A stretch of 64,000 bases of DNA from Balanoglossus misakiensis (lineage: Eukaryota; Animalia; Hemichordata): NCBI GenBank assembly GCA_040954595.2, contig CM082588.2, positions 8,540,844 through 8,604,843 on the forward strand, given 5' to 3'. The notes below the pieces were generated by a model. That model was not told where the DNA came from, did no database searches, and was given only the letters and a program-made list of their open reading frames with translations. Made by a program: the position numbers and the translations under genes. Shown one piece after another: positions 1-28,152 of the stretch. Position 1 is the first letter of the stretch. Each line of letters opens with the position of its first letter.

Positions 1-3000
1 GCTTTCTGTTTCCCTGACAATTTATCAAGTGACAAAGTTGCTATCAACTTTAGCGTTTCATCAACTCTCTCCATCTCACCCGACATGAAATGAACCCATG
101 CTTTATCTGCAAGAAGAACCAACTTATCACCAAGTGGACCATCGTCGTCACCATCACAGCTGTCAAGTTCTTTCTGGTTGTCGGTGAGGGCGTCATCAAA
201 CCACTTCAAAGCGGCACTTGGATCTCTCTCGTCTTCTGATCTCAGTTTGGACATGTACAGGTAACCTTTCATAGCTTTATGGGGAACTGGAGAGAACTCC
301 TGGTTGTGATATTTAAGTCTGTTGTCCAAATAACACTGTAAGACCTACAGTACATGGAAAGGCATACTATATTGTCACGTGCAAACCTCAGGTCTCAGGC
401 TCATTAACTCACATAATGTAAGAGCTTCAACTGACACAAACATTCAACAAATAAATTTTACACTTTAAATGATGCGAGAATTAGGTATTCAGGATGTTTC
501 TTATTACGTTTCAATTAACTTTAGGGGATAAATTACTATCATCAATGGAATAAGTTGTTAAACATTTTCTTAATTTTATGATATTCAAACCAATCACAGA
601 CAGATGTAATGAAACGCTAAACAGAAAAACATAAATAAATGTCCTCACCTCAAAACTCTCGTCACAAAATTCTTCGAGTTTCCAGGTAAAATGGCAGGGA
701 AACCTCTGCAGTAATTCTTCATAGGACTTTGCTGTATGCTTCAATCCCGTTATGTGTGTAACTGAAAATTCTATTGAACAGTAAAAACAATTTGGGTTAT
801 AAACTGATTTCACAATTTTAATTTTAAATTGAGATTGGTCTATTGGTCTTTTTGGTATTCCAACATTTTGGGAGAGAGTTGAGTTGTATCAACCAGTGAA
901 TGAAATATTAATAAGCGCAACAACGTAAATATCTATCAAAAGAAACTAAAACAACTAAAATAACGTCAATAATGAGTGATTTTATTCATTCAGTTTATTG
1001 AAGCAATATTCCCTTGGGAAAATCAGTTGAAAACTAATAATTGAGTTTTAAAATAAATATTCCGGACCATGTTAAAGGTATACGGCCACCTATGGTTATC
1101 ATGCATGGCAAATTGTGATCTAACCAATCACAGATTTTCAGTGGGTGGCACATGCGAAAAAAGAGCGCCGCCTTATGTTCTTTAGAACGATCAAATACCC
1201 CATTTCAGCCATATATGGGCAATTGTGTAAATTGGACGTGACTGTATACCTTTAAGTATAATCATTTTGCAAAGATTGTCAATTGCAGGAAAGAAAGGGA
1301 AGATTTTGAGACTGAACTCTTAAATTTGCTTTTGCTCCTAGACCCAAGAAATCTGTGATAGACAATAAATTTGGCCTTTCAGGGTCATGCATACTTTCAT
1401 AATCGAAGTTGTTAGGAGCATATTCTTTTTTTTTCAGTAGGAGCAGATGATATAACTGATGCATGGATATGTTGCACATAACTGCATTACCTTCGATGTT
1501 TTTGTCTACAGGTGGCGCAGTTGCAGTTTTCGTTTCCTGAAGTTCGTCGATAGTCTGAAGTAACTGCCGATTTTTGTCCATGGTCGTTTGATTTTCCTCT
1601 TTCAGTTTGATATTTATCATGGTTAGTTTCGAACTTTGGTTTTCACTGCTCTTCAGCATTTCCTTCAGACGCTGACTTGTCTGCTCACTTTCTTCACCAA
1701 GAACACGAATTCTTCCTTCACTTTCTCTCTTAAGGAGCGTATATTCCCTCTCCTTGGATTGTAGTATGTCTTGAATCTTCTTGTTTTCGTTAAAGAGCGA
1801 AGTGATGACAGAGAGATAGTTGTCTGTTGAGATTGGTTCCAAAACACGAGCAGCTCCTTCTTTTGAAAAAGATTCCGCCAGAATCTTGTCCGATTCTTTG
1901 GTGCCAGTGTTTAAGATGTTGACGCCACTTTGATTGACAAGTCTCTTCAGTTCTGATGAAAATGTGATTTAACATAGTTAGCAAAATGTTATATAAGATT
2001 GATATGATGTAACCCCTTTGCAATTGGGTCGGAGGCCGTGGAATGCAAATAAATAGGCACTATCTATTTTAGTTTATGCTCGATATGCAAATAAATGGCA
2101 GACTAGTACAGACCTATCTTTAAAATCAAACTTCAACAAGCAGCCAACTAAACCAAAACATTCCCTTTAGAACAAATTTCAGCAGCAAGCTTATTTGTTT
2201 TGATTGATTGAATAGAGTATTGTTTGACCAAATTCCCTGCCTAAATGTTTGTGAACACTGACCTTCTCTATCATATCTGAATGTCTCTCCCTCTCGTAAG
2301 GTGATAGAAGACAACTGTTGACTATCCAAAATCAAACACCGTCTGATTCCAAGGACACCAAGAACTTCTGGCCGTTCATCCAACAACGAAGACAACTGTA
2401 GAGGGCGCTGTATTCTTATCAACAGGACGATTGGTGTCTGTGTGTCTCCCACATCAACATCTATCTCAGTTTCCAAAGAGCCGGAACCACCAAGTAGTTT
2501 TGATAAACCGATTCTGTTTTGGCGTGTGGTATAGACAGACCTGTCAATCTCCACGGCAACAACTGCGCTCTTGTCATCTACATTCACAAACGACGCAGAG
2601 AAAGGCTCAATAAATGATACGCATTCTCATAAAAGAGAATTTTTCAACAGTATTTTTTCTTCAAGTTGAATTCTTAATAGCTCTGGACTTATGCGCTGTT
2701 TGGGTCTACGCTGCTATCTCCGTCCCCACAGGACGGAGAGCAGCGTAGACCCAAACAGCGCATAAGTCCAGAGCTAAATTCTTAAGTGCTAATGAAAAAA
2801 AAACTGCACACTCATAGCATGTCAGCTAGAAACAAAAACAATCATAGAAACACTCAACTTGAAAAATAAGTCTTGCCCTATGCTGTCATCCATAAATAGT
2901 AATTACCTTGTTTAGTCAACATCTCTCCACACTTTTCTCCACACAAACCACAGACCTCAGAAGATTTCACTTCCGGTACATAGCCTATAATAATTAAAGT

Positions 3001-5826
3001 GACGAAATCATCATGACATATACCGTTGAACGCATTTGCAATTTTGACAATGATCCATAAGAACGTGAGTGTACAAACAGAAAGTTTGACAAAGACACAT
3101 CACAGACACGAGTCTGGAAATGGAAATAACCAAAGGTTTCAGGTAAAATCCTTCAATTCAAACGAATACACAATGTTCGGCAACAATAACTACATTGTTA
3201 AACTATTAGACTTGCCTTCCTTGAAGTACTTCAATTCTGTTAGACATAGTTGATATCTCCATGTCTCTATGGTTGTCTTCAGGTTAACGTCAGATACATT
3301 GAGTTTGTGGAGCAATTCGGGTGTGATCATGTCTGCCTTAAACAGATCTCCCAGGATCCCTTGCCTGTAGTCACGCCATAGTCTCTCCACTGACTTTGAT
3401 GTCTGGCAAGTCAATACAACATTTACACTACCCCGCTTAATTTCTTCAATTTGTATGTTTCCCACACTGTTGAGATGTTCTTTGACTTTTGGTAAATCGT
3501 TTCCAGAGCTGCTGTTGTTGATGATCTCATTTTCGATGAGTTCAACCTGGTCTGGAGTCAAGGTTGGACCAGACACCTTAAGCTTGACTACTATTTCCCC
3601 TGAAATATCATACAATGAGTACATTGAATTAGAATTAACATGTGTTGTACAGGATTCGAAGCAAGACATAACACAAAATTTCAAGGACTAAATCCACATC
3701 CGCAATGGATGTTTTAATTGCCCAGATAAGAATTAAACACAACACACAGACACCAGACAGACAATACAAACAAACAAACAAAACAAACAAACAGACAAAC
3801 AAACAAACAAACAAACGCATAAACGAACATTTCCATTGCTCAACATATGGAGAGACATCCTCGGGTACAAATATGTTCTTAATTCAAACCTCATTTTGTT
3901 TCATTACACAACTGTATTCTACATCATATATTGGCAAATGCATCATCCAATTATATGACGAACGATACAATAACTAGTATACAGGGACGAGTGAATGTGA
4001 GCAACTATAGTTCCGTGCGTTAGCTGCTGTGCAGGGGCCGCGTGAATCATTTCATTTGGTTTCCAATTTGAATATTGAATGAATATTGTTTTATAAGGAC
4101 AGACAAGTAAATTTCACTAGGCGTACAAATGTACCCAATCAGCACCCTTACCCAGATTCGAGTTGACAGTGTGTTGAACTTCATGCGTCTGTCCACTGTC
4201 AGGATTTTGCTGGCCACCTTCACCATTATTCAGATCACCATTTTTGGACTCGTTGTTGCTAGGGACATCTTGAATCTGCTTTTCTGCTTGGCTGCCACCA
4301 GAATTCCTGGGTTGTTGGTCTTTAAGTGTTTCCTCCTTACCTAGTGCATAATAAAAATACTACAACTTACAAAACTTGATTTTAGCTGTAATTTATTTAT
4401 ACAACAGAATATCAATTCACCCAACAGCTGTAATATTTCTTAAGGTGACCATCATTTATTACACTGTTTTGATTCACTTTAACGAACACATTTACCGTAG
4501 CCGTTAACTGGCAACACGTGATTCTGTTATCTGTTACCCTTCTATCTATTTGCATTTACCTTTGGGGGGCTCTTCTACTGGGTCGTCACAATCCCCAGGA
4601 CAAGCAACACAACCCATGAGTTTCGTTTGGTTGTCAGATATAACACCATCCTCTGCCGATTTATGGAGTGCAGACTGCAATTCCTGCGATGTTTTCTTGG
4701 CGCGACCATATTCACTCAGAATCTCCATGATAGCACGTGCCCACTTTTCACTTCCGCTGTTCACACTTTCGTTTGGTCCCACGTCACAGTATGGTACACC
4801 AAATAAGGGGAAGTGTTCTTTTGTGAAGTTTGCAAGACCTGATTGCCGAGGTTGTACAGTGGGCACGCCAGCAGCGCAGGATAGAAGACCAATCACACCA
4901 AATGGGTCGCCTTTAGTTGTGAAGTTTACAAGGATGTCACACTGCCTCAAGTCTTTCTTTAACTGGTTTATCGATGTGTCGTTTGGATATAAATTGATCA
5001 CTAACCAATCTGACTTCGCCATCGTCTCCAGCTGCTGCTGAATCTTCTTACACGGTGTAGACACTAAAAGTCCTTTGAACTTCCACCTTATTTCTCTGTG
5101 AAAATAACTGTAAATCTTAGCTACTTTCTCCATGCCACGGGCTGCTGCTTCGAATTCCTCCAGATCTTGTAGGTTTGAAATCGTGTGTACAGATAAGACT
5201 TCAATAGTCTTACTTAAGTCTCTTTTGTTGAGCGAAATCTCGCCTACATCTTTCTTCATCCAAGGGATGTACAGAACATTCTCCACTTGTGAGTCTAGCA
5301 GAGCTCGAATCTTCATCTTCAACTCCTCGTGAACTGTTGGTCCAACAGATATAATGACAGAGGACGTCTCTGCATATTGCATCATTTCATCATCTTTAGC
5401 AGCCAAGTCTGAAGGATCGAGGTTCATGTTTTCCGGTATGTCAGAATAGACAGGAACAAAGTCCGCAGATGGGAAAACCTTTGCTTGAATACTCTTTGCT
5501 GTACTGGCAGTTCCATCCTTACAAGCAGTACCGTATATGGTCGTAATTGGGTGATATTTCTTTAACTGTTGAAAATAGTGTTCGTGTAAAATCAACCAAT
5601 CACTTGTCGGCTTCCCCTCTTTGATTGGGAGAATCAGCTCCACTCCATGACGCCTTGCTTCTTCAACTTCTTTGTCAGAAGCCTGTAACGCCATGAAGTA
5701 AACCTGGTTGTTTCCATCAGCAAGATCGATGGCCAATTGTCTCTCAGTAAGACATGTTGCAATATTGCGACTTCTCGGCCACCACTCCTCTCCGACAACC
5801 AACAAACGATTCTTCACCTTTGCCAT
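1..5826 (-). CDS. Multidomain putative innate-immune protein: GT-B (GT4/Glycos_transf_1-like) + TRADD-N-like + unknown domain + coiled coil + IFIT-like TPR region; 3' end runs off the window
   Basis: Phase-consistent exons: 4560-5826, 4152-4340, 3216-3599 (GC donor AAG|GCAAGT), 2907-2984, 2263-2577, 1491-1952, 649-731, <1-344. GT4-like motif LRQCDILVNFTTKGDPFGVIGLLSCAAGVP. TRADD-N-like GSVNVVLTC..SVERLWRDYRQG..LKTTI. IFIT-like LLQRFPCHFTWKL...AMKGYLYM...AALKWFDDA...LADKAWVHFMSG. Probable 5'UTR exon ends at 6798 (donor GGTGAG). Confidence 0.8.
1076..1251 (+). mobile_element. Kolobok-like MITE family A (TIR ~AGGTATACAGTCAC, TTAA target)
   Basis: ttaa|aggtatacggccacc ... gtgactgtatacct|ttaa. 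Related copies at ~22165-22301, 26266-26463, 48629-48812 and 58329-58513. Confidence 0.7.
2678..2776. repeat. Short palindromic hairpin element (MITE-like) in an intron
   Basis: tagctctggacttatgcgctgtttgggtctacgctgct ... agcagcgtagacccaaacagcgcataagtccagagcta, with TA ends. Confidence 0.75.
3767..3815. repeat. Degenerate (CAAA)n microsatellite
   Basis: Read directly. Confidence 0.8.
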
Positions 5827-8711
5827 TTCTAGTTCAGAATGAAAGATGTTTGTGTTTATTGAGTTTTTAGTTTTATACTATTTCTAAAACATATTTGTTA
5901 TAAAATGCGAGTAAATCGGTCAGTAGACTTTATGTATTTTAATGAGAAATGAAACGAAATGTCAACCTACAATGTGAGCACAGCGTCATTACCACCATTT
6001 ATCGGTAAACAGTCAGTGGTACATACGCGTCTATGATATTTTAAATAGTACTGTTTCTGTTCAGAAAATGGATTTGATACAACGGCAACAAAAACTCAAA
6101 TATTGACATTCTAGGTGTTATTTCACAACAAAGTTTTACTTTCCATTACTTCCCGTTGTTTAATTAACAACTGAATAAGTTTAAAGTAAAGCCTTTGCAC
6201 AAAGTTTGTCAAAATACCTCATCTATTTATAGGCACACCATAAACTTTGTTTGTGAGGTTGACACATTCTTCTAGGCCTTTCAGCCTTGGTTGTCATGGA
6301 TACAGTTCAAAGTACAGCCAATTGATATGTGCATTAGATTTATTATATCTACCAACTTTGGACTGCAACGGATATATGTAAATTACAATACTTAAGTGTC
6401 TGCCATCATGTTCACTGCTAAATAATGGGACATTATTATCATTTCTAAAATATTGTAAATGGTTGTCTAAACAACGTCATCTTTGCGTAGAGAACATTCT
6501 GTTAGAGTGTCCATTTTCTAGGACATATGTTAGTTGAAAACAAGCAGGACAATAAATTATTATATCAGTCGATATGAGGTGACTGCATGGTATACGCCCT
6601 TTGTCCGAATAGAAATGGTATAGTAGTAATACACGTCAACATTGAACTTCACCAATTATGAATATGTACTGGAGACTGCGAAAGGTAAAATTGATTCATA
6701 TTAATTGCAGAGCATTGATTTTAGGAGCAATCGTGCGTTTTAATTGTCGAATATGACATAGCTATCTGTTTTGCCAGGCGCATTCGGAAATGCTCACCTT
6801 TTGAAGTGTAAATATGGTCGTCGATAATTAAATGCCAGTACAAGCCACATAATGTATTAGGACCGACATACAGTCACACGGGACAGAAGTTTAAGGTTGT
6901 TGCGGATCTATACGGATTCACACCAGAAGTTTTCTGTCTGAAGTCAGCGCCACTTTTACACCTCCTTATAGTGGCACCCATACAAAATGGAGGAAATATC
7001 GGGCGTTTTGCCAAACCTCACCCACACCCACTTAAGTTTAAATTATGGCGCTAATCAACAACACCAAGATTTACAAGGGGTTTTAAAAAGACGCCATTAA
7101 TGTAATGATTCAGAAGTGGAATGTGCAAACTTTACACAAACAACACACGCGAGCGGCAAATATGGCCCAACAAGAGGTGATATGGGGCGATAACCGGGTT
7201 GAACTTTAAAGCTAGTCGTTTGGTCACCTGTTCTTGGACGGTCATAATTATTGTTGTTTTACCGCGTTCGCCATAAATATAGTACAAATCGCACTCTTTC
7301 TACTTCGGCCTGACCGAGAACTTTAAGAATTAACACTTTTATTCTATAAAATATGCCCATTTTCTGGTATGCTTTCTGAAAGCAATTCATGCCAATAAAT
7401 CATTGTTCGTGTATAAATCGATCTCATGTGACAGATATACGCTCTTCAACCAGGTTTTGTGTGCTTGGTTATTGCCATACCGAGGCTCACGTGGAATTTG
7501 AGCTTAGTGCAAATCTTTGTGTAGTAAACAAAATCAACAAAACGAACAAACATACTCTGGTTTCGAAACTTAAGACCTCCACACCCCAACATTTTCATAT
7601 CTGTCTCACTCACCTCCATAAAACACCAGAATCCTGATTTTCCGGGCCGGTTGAGCCGCTTTCGGACTCCGAAACGTACTGAGTTGCCTGTCTGTCCAAT
7701 CGTAGTAGTCAGCATTGGTAGGAACGCCCAGTACTAACAGAACCAATACACAAAACATGTTGCAGTCTTATGCTTAGAAACAATAAGGTTACGAACGTTT
7801 GATAATTTGAGGTTATTCAGGAGATTTTTAATATTTGACATGCGTGTTATCCCTCAATATGACAGGGTCGTGATGAGAGGGGACTGCAGTTAGGGGGGGA
7901 TTGTTATAATTCAGTGCCAACCACTTGCATCAAAGTTGAGCACAATGCCATATGAGGGCGCTCTATATTTACATCCGGGTGGGTCAAATTTCAATATGGC
8001 TGCCGCTAAACAATAAACGTGTAGGGAAATAATCGCCTTCAGCAGGAGACGTACCTGTAAGTATTTAGTTTTCGTTTTTGGGTCGTTTTACGTGTTTCAT
8101 AATTTAGTAATGCCCACACGATAGTGGTGTTGCCCACAAATAATGCAACTATCGGCGCACAGAAAGTCCATTCGATAAACTTCTACGCTTATAAATGGCT
8201 CTCTGCACTGGCTCTCCGCATGCCTATTTTCCCCATGCGATGGTTCTAAATTGGAAAAGGTACTTATTTGAAATGCTTACTGCAGTATGACCATTGTAAG
8301 TTTTCATACGTTTGTGGCGAATGTACCAATGGTATTTTGCATAAATAATCATGCAAGTCATTTTCTCTATAGTCTGGCCATAGTAATAGAGAGGGGATAC
8401 CATCTGCCCCTAACCGCCGCCATTGGCAAAAAAACGCGGAAAGTATTGGGCATGCGTAGTCGATACTTCACGTAAAGATGGCGCAGCCCAGCCATCTACA
8501 TGCATGCTCTATGACTGTGTACCGCTGACGCCCTGGTATGCCGTCTTCGGCAAAGAAGACACAGACAGTCTATATTGGTAGACAGAGTGGACGATGGAGA
8601 TATCCGAGATGAGATCTGGATATCCAATGATAGCCAGGTCTATTAACTAAGGTATCCGCGATAATCGCAGTTCGGAGCTCTTCGTGACAGGGCTGTGTGT
8701 TGGAGGCATAG

Positions 8712-9062
8712 CCGTGGTTCTTACCGAAAATCGAGGTTCTTACGTTTTATAGCCTAAAAAGTAAGACATACTCGAGGTTCTAGCTTACAAAGTCTTATTT
8801 GTAGTCGATGCGATGGTAATTGTTCATAATTAATCAACAATCATCATAATTTATCGGTCCGATATTATCAAGGTTCTTAAATAGGAATTTATACACATAA
8901 GGCGATTCTTACCGAAAATCGAGGTTCTTACGTTTTATAGCCTAAAAAGTCAAAAATACTCGAGGTTCTAGCTTACAAAGTCTTATTTGTCGTCGATGCG
9001 ATAATAATAGTTCATAATTAATCGACAATCATCGTAATGTATCGATCCGATATCATCAAGGC
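8712..9062 (+). repeat. Two ~188-bp units of the satellite also found at 28153-28885
   Basis: ttcttaccgaaaatcgaggttcttacgttttatagcctaaaaagt recurs at ~8718 and ~8906. Confidence 0.8.
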
Positions 9063-9465
9063 GTAAAGATGATTGAAAATGTTGCATTTTTATTTTGACA
9101 TGAGAAATAACTTGTACAAGAAGTAAAATCACACACAAAATCGCGCTCTGAGAAATCTACGTGATAAATTGGCCTAAGACACGGAAACAAGTAAATTTTG
9201 AAGTGTTGTCGCTTTTGAATTAACGTATTTCGTGTGATCGATTTCATCGATTGATCATCCAAAATGATGGGTATCTAACTTTGTAGAGGACAATGTATGT
9301 GTTCAAATTTAAACCACATGAAGTAACTTCAATTTCAAATGATAATCTATTTCACATTTTACATATTTTTTATTCAATCACAAATTTTTCGACACCCCTC
9401 CTTCCTTTGGAACACTTGTATTGGCGTTTCTTCTGTTTCACAAGAAGACATTCATGGCATTTGTC

Positions 9466-10122
9466 TTACAACTTCTTCATATCCAGTGTTGCCCCTTTGC
9501 GTCCAGCCGGCATACCCAGAAACGGTTGCTTACCATTGACTTCAAATGCATCGTATCGAATCATGTCACCCACTCGGACAAACCCCGGCGTTGTTGCGAA
9601 GATATGTTGCGAGATGGGACTGGTCAGTATTGAGTACACCATCTTTGCACCTTTAGATTTTCCCATCTCTATACTCTCTTGCAGTAGTCGTCTTGTGACG
9701 CCTCGCCCATGATAACCATCACTGACCGCAATGACAGACACCTCCATAAATTGCTCACCAGATGCTTGAAGGATCTTGGTGTGGTCCAACTTACTGCACC
9801 TTGTCTTCAGTTGGCGGAGGATTTTCATGACAGGCTCCAGAGGTCCCATTAAATCCGCCATCGCATAATCACAATCAACCTCACTGGTGCTGCAGAGGAG
9901 GTAATTGACCATTGCTCCAATCACTTTGTTTACCTCGGTATCTATGGCAACAACTGATACTTCATCGCGTATGGCCCGGTTGACGCATACCTCACTATAG
10001 CGTTTGGTAACGGCAACTGGCGGTTTCAGGTGGCTCAAAATTGGCTCGTGTTTCAGGAATATGGCGGTGACAAGATCAACTGTCTCCTTGCGATGGATCT
10101 CTTTCATTTTCTCAAATTCCAT
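9466..10122 (-). CDS. GNAT acetyltransferase, insect-type arylalkylamine/dopamine N-acetyltransferase-like, single coding exon
   Basis: 218-aa ORF with F-x-x-x-EP (FLKHEPI), SVVAID..VIGA.VN, motif A VIAVSDGYHGRGVTRRLL and TSPISQHIF. Confidence 0.8.
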   Translation of the reverse strand: MEFEKMKEIHRKETVDLVTAIFLKHEPILSHLKPPVAVTKRYSEVCVNRAIRDEVSVVAIDTEVNKVIGAMVNYLLCSTSEVDCDYAMADLMGPLEPVMKILRQLKTRCSKLDHTKILQASGEQFMEVSVIAVSDGYHGRGVTRRLLQESIEMGKSKGAKMVYSILTSPISQHIFATTPGFVRVGDMIRYDAFEVNGKQPFLGMPAGRKGATLDMKKL

Positions 10123-11631
10123 CGTGGATTCTCTTTAGATTTTACAAGTGTCTACAATTCAAAGAAAAGAATAGGTCTTGTAAATAGCCATGTCCGCTGA
10201 TCATACAGCGTTTGTGTTGGGAGTTAATCCCGCGTGAACGGTGAAAGTTTGGAACTAAGCCTATTAGTCCTTCATTTGTTTTGGTCCTGTAATATAAGAG
10301 TCAGTATGCGGCAAACCAACATGCCTTCAAAGTGGAAATGAATGATTTGGTCAACAATCTCTATTGAAGGTGCAGTATTGATTAAAATGTACTAACCTTG
10401 TTGTCGCATATGCTTCGAACGCCTTGACGTTACCTGTAATCCTCTGGCAGATCAGGGTGATGCCGTTTGCTGACGTTGCTTGGAATGTTGGTATAGTACA
10501 TGTATGCAGCAGGATCACCTTGATTTAAATTTAATGCCATTGACATTGAACCTGGCGTAGCATATCTAGACACACCTCATATATTCAAAAAATATGTGCT
10601 TGAGAAATTGTCTCAAATGTATGTCGGGAGTGAAACAGTTCTAACATACCGCTATATCCCCTGTACTTGGTTATTTTACGTGAATTATTTGCTATGGGTG
10701 TGCACGGCTTAATGTGGTGACTTTGAGTACGTGCATAATACAGGGTCGTTTGCGGCGAGCCGCAAAAACCATTGACGTACGCAACATGATTGAAGGGGAC
10801 GTTCGGCCCTGACGATTTCTACATGATATGCTAGCTTCGAGGTCACTTGTTCAGGAAAAAACCACGATGGCCATGTTTAACTCGCAAAACGTTTTACAAA
10901 AAAGGTAAATTGGCAGAATTTCCAATATGGCGTTTACTTTATTTCGAAGCATTGGAAAAAAACACGTATTGCAAGTATACAGCCCAGGACTACGCCCTAT
11001 AGACCTAAGCCCCATCATCACCAAACTGTCTGTCCAGAGAGGATGGAATTTATAAGAAAAGTACATCTGTTAAACTGTTGTTCACAAACTAAGCTTGTTT
11101 ACAATATATAAAAACACTGACAATACAGTAACAGTTCTAATAAAAGACCGCAGCATGACAAGTTTCACTTATGAGGGTTTTGCTCCCTGTAGACAAGCGT
11201 CATATTAACTTGGTGCAGGTAATAGTATAACAAATACTGAGACAAAGCGAGAAAATTTGTTCAATAGCGTTGAACCGTTAATATTCGCCTTAAACTATAA
11301 GCTACGACTACATCATATGGAAAGGTATGTAAAGCTGTCAGAAGTACATAATGAAAATAAAACTTCGTAACAATTTTAACCATTCTGACTAAGGCTACTC
11401 TCACGTCATACCAGGATACAAACATTTCGAAGTCATTTCTTGACTGAGCCATTCATGAATAAAGAGCTCTACGGGTTATACATAGAAATCAAGAGTATTG
11501 AAACCCGCACAGAAACTAAGTGAAACTGAGTATTCCAACACAATTTAAAATAGAAGTCTCAGAGAATTACAACGTCCACATTTTTATTTTTTCTACCTCC
11601 CACTGATTATGCGTGCCTAGTAATACACGCT

Positions 11632-26833
<15,202 letters not shown>

Positions 26834-28152
26834 GTACTTTTTCTTTTCGGAAATTTGAAGACGTAAAGATTCTTGAAAGTGGTGTGTTTCTATTTTTCTG
26901 GAGATGGAATTTGTACAAGAAGTACTAAAATCCTACGTACAATCGCGGTCTGAAAAATCTGACTCGATAAATTGGCGTAGGTATGGAAACAAGTAAATTT
27001 GGAAGTTTGAATTGACGTCTTTCGTGGATTTGTCATCAAACTATACAGAGGACAGTGTTCAATTTAATTCAACATGAAAACAACTGCTGACAAATCTCTC
27101 AAAAATTGTACTGTACAGTTTTTATTTACGCACTTAGGCCCTAAACAATTGGAACTATGTTACATATCCAAACAAAATCGTATAATTTATGTGAATTTAA
27201 AAAAACAAATATTAGAGTTGCTGTTGTTTTACAAATATAATCCATCAGAGCAGTGATGTGTAAACAATTCCACACTATTCGTCAAGCTCTACTTATCTCC
27301 CAGTAGGTCAATAAACAAAGGGTTATAGAGCTACACTTCACCTGTGTGTGTGTGAGTGAGAGTTAAAGTTCGGTCAAGCACTTGCGATATATTCATTTCC
27401 TGTTTCCTGGTGTGATGTAATTTGTCGCTACCCAAATTGTGGCGCCATTTTATTGCAGGCTCATATCAATGCAAGGTGCTCATTACTACTCCTCACTCAT
27501 GACAATTGTTTGCACATTCTTTCGCATTTGCTACAAAATACGTCTTGATAGAATGTACGCTCGTTTATCCCGAATGCACAGCTAAACTACTGCGGCATGT
27601 AAAATCTCTTCTCGTTTTGCAGCCGTCATCGCTGTTTGGATGACTGTGAACATGCTTCACTGAATATCTTACAGTGCGTTCAGCGAAAAACACGATTCAA
27701 AAACTGCTCTCTCAGTCTTCAAACAGAAAGCGTCTGAAAACTTGCTCGCAAATAACAGGCAATGTCCAAACTCTACAAGGTCCACCCAAAATCATACCCT
27801 GGCGCATGTGCACTCTCTGATTCTTGTCTCTGCAGAATGTGGTCTCACGCTCACGAAACAAATGGCAGGCAAAGAACCCTAGAAATAGGGTCGGGGCTTT
27901 GGTAGATGCCACAAGTGCTTCCTAATACACAGTGTTCTTTTGTTTTACAGACTTACCATGGCAACCATGATTTTCGAGCAGCAGCAGCAGCAGCATTAGC
28001 AGCAGGACCACACGCGTGAACATGTTGGCTTTACCGCGAGTCAAATTCCAAATGGTAACTTTCTTGTGCATTCTTGTACATAAGTAAAATTACAAGACTC
28101 GCGCATGCGTAATGGCGAGGATGATAAACAAACAAAATCGCCGAATTTATAC

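Noticed and set aside
4270-4290. Suspected frameshift in exon 4152-4340
   Set aside because: Recounting the T-run gives GCA GAA AAG CAG in frame; the 189-nt exon is open.
5944-5960. ISRE/IRF-like GAAATGAAACGAAA near the IFIT-like gene start
   Set aside because: Short, imperfectly spaced, and expected by chance in AT-rich DNA; not supportable without conservation data.
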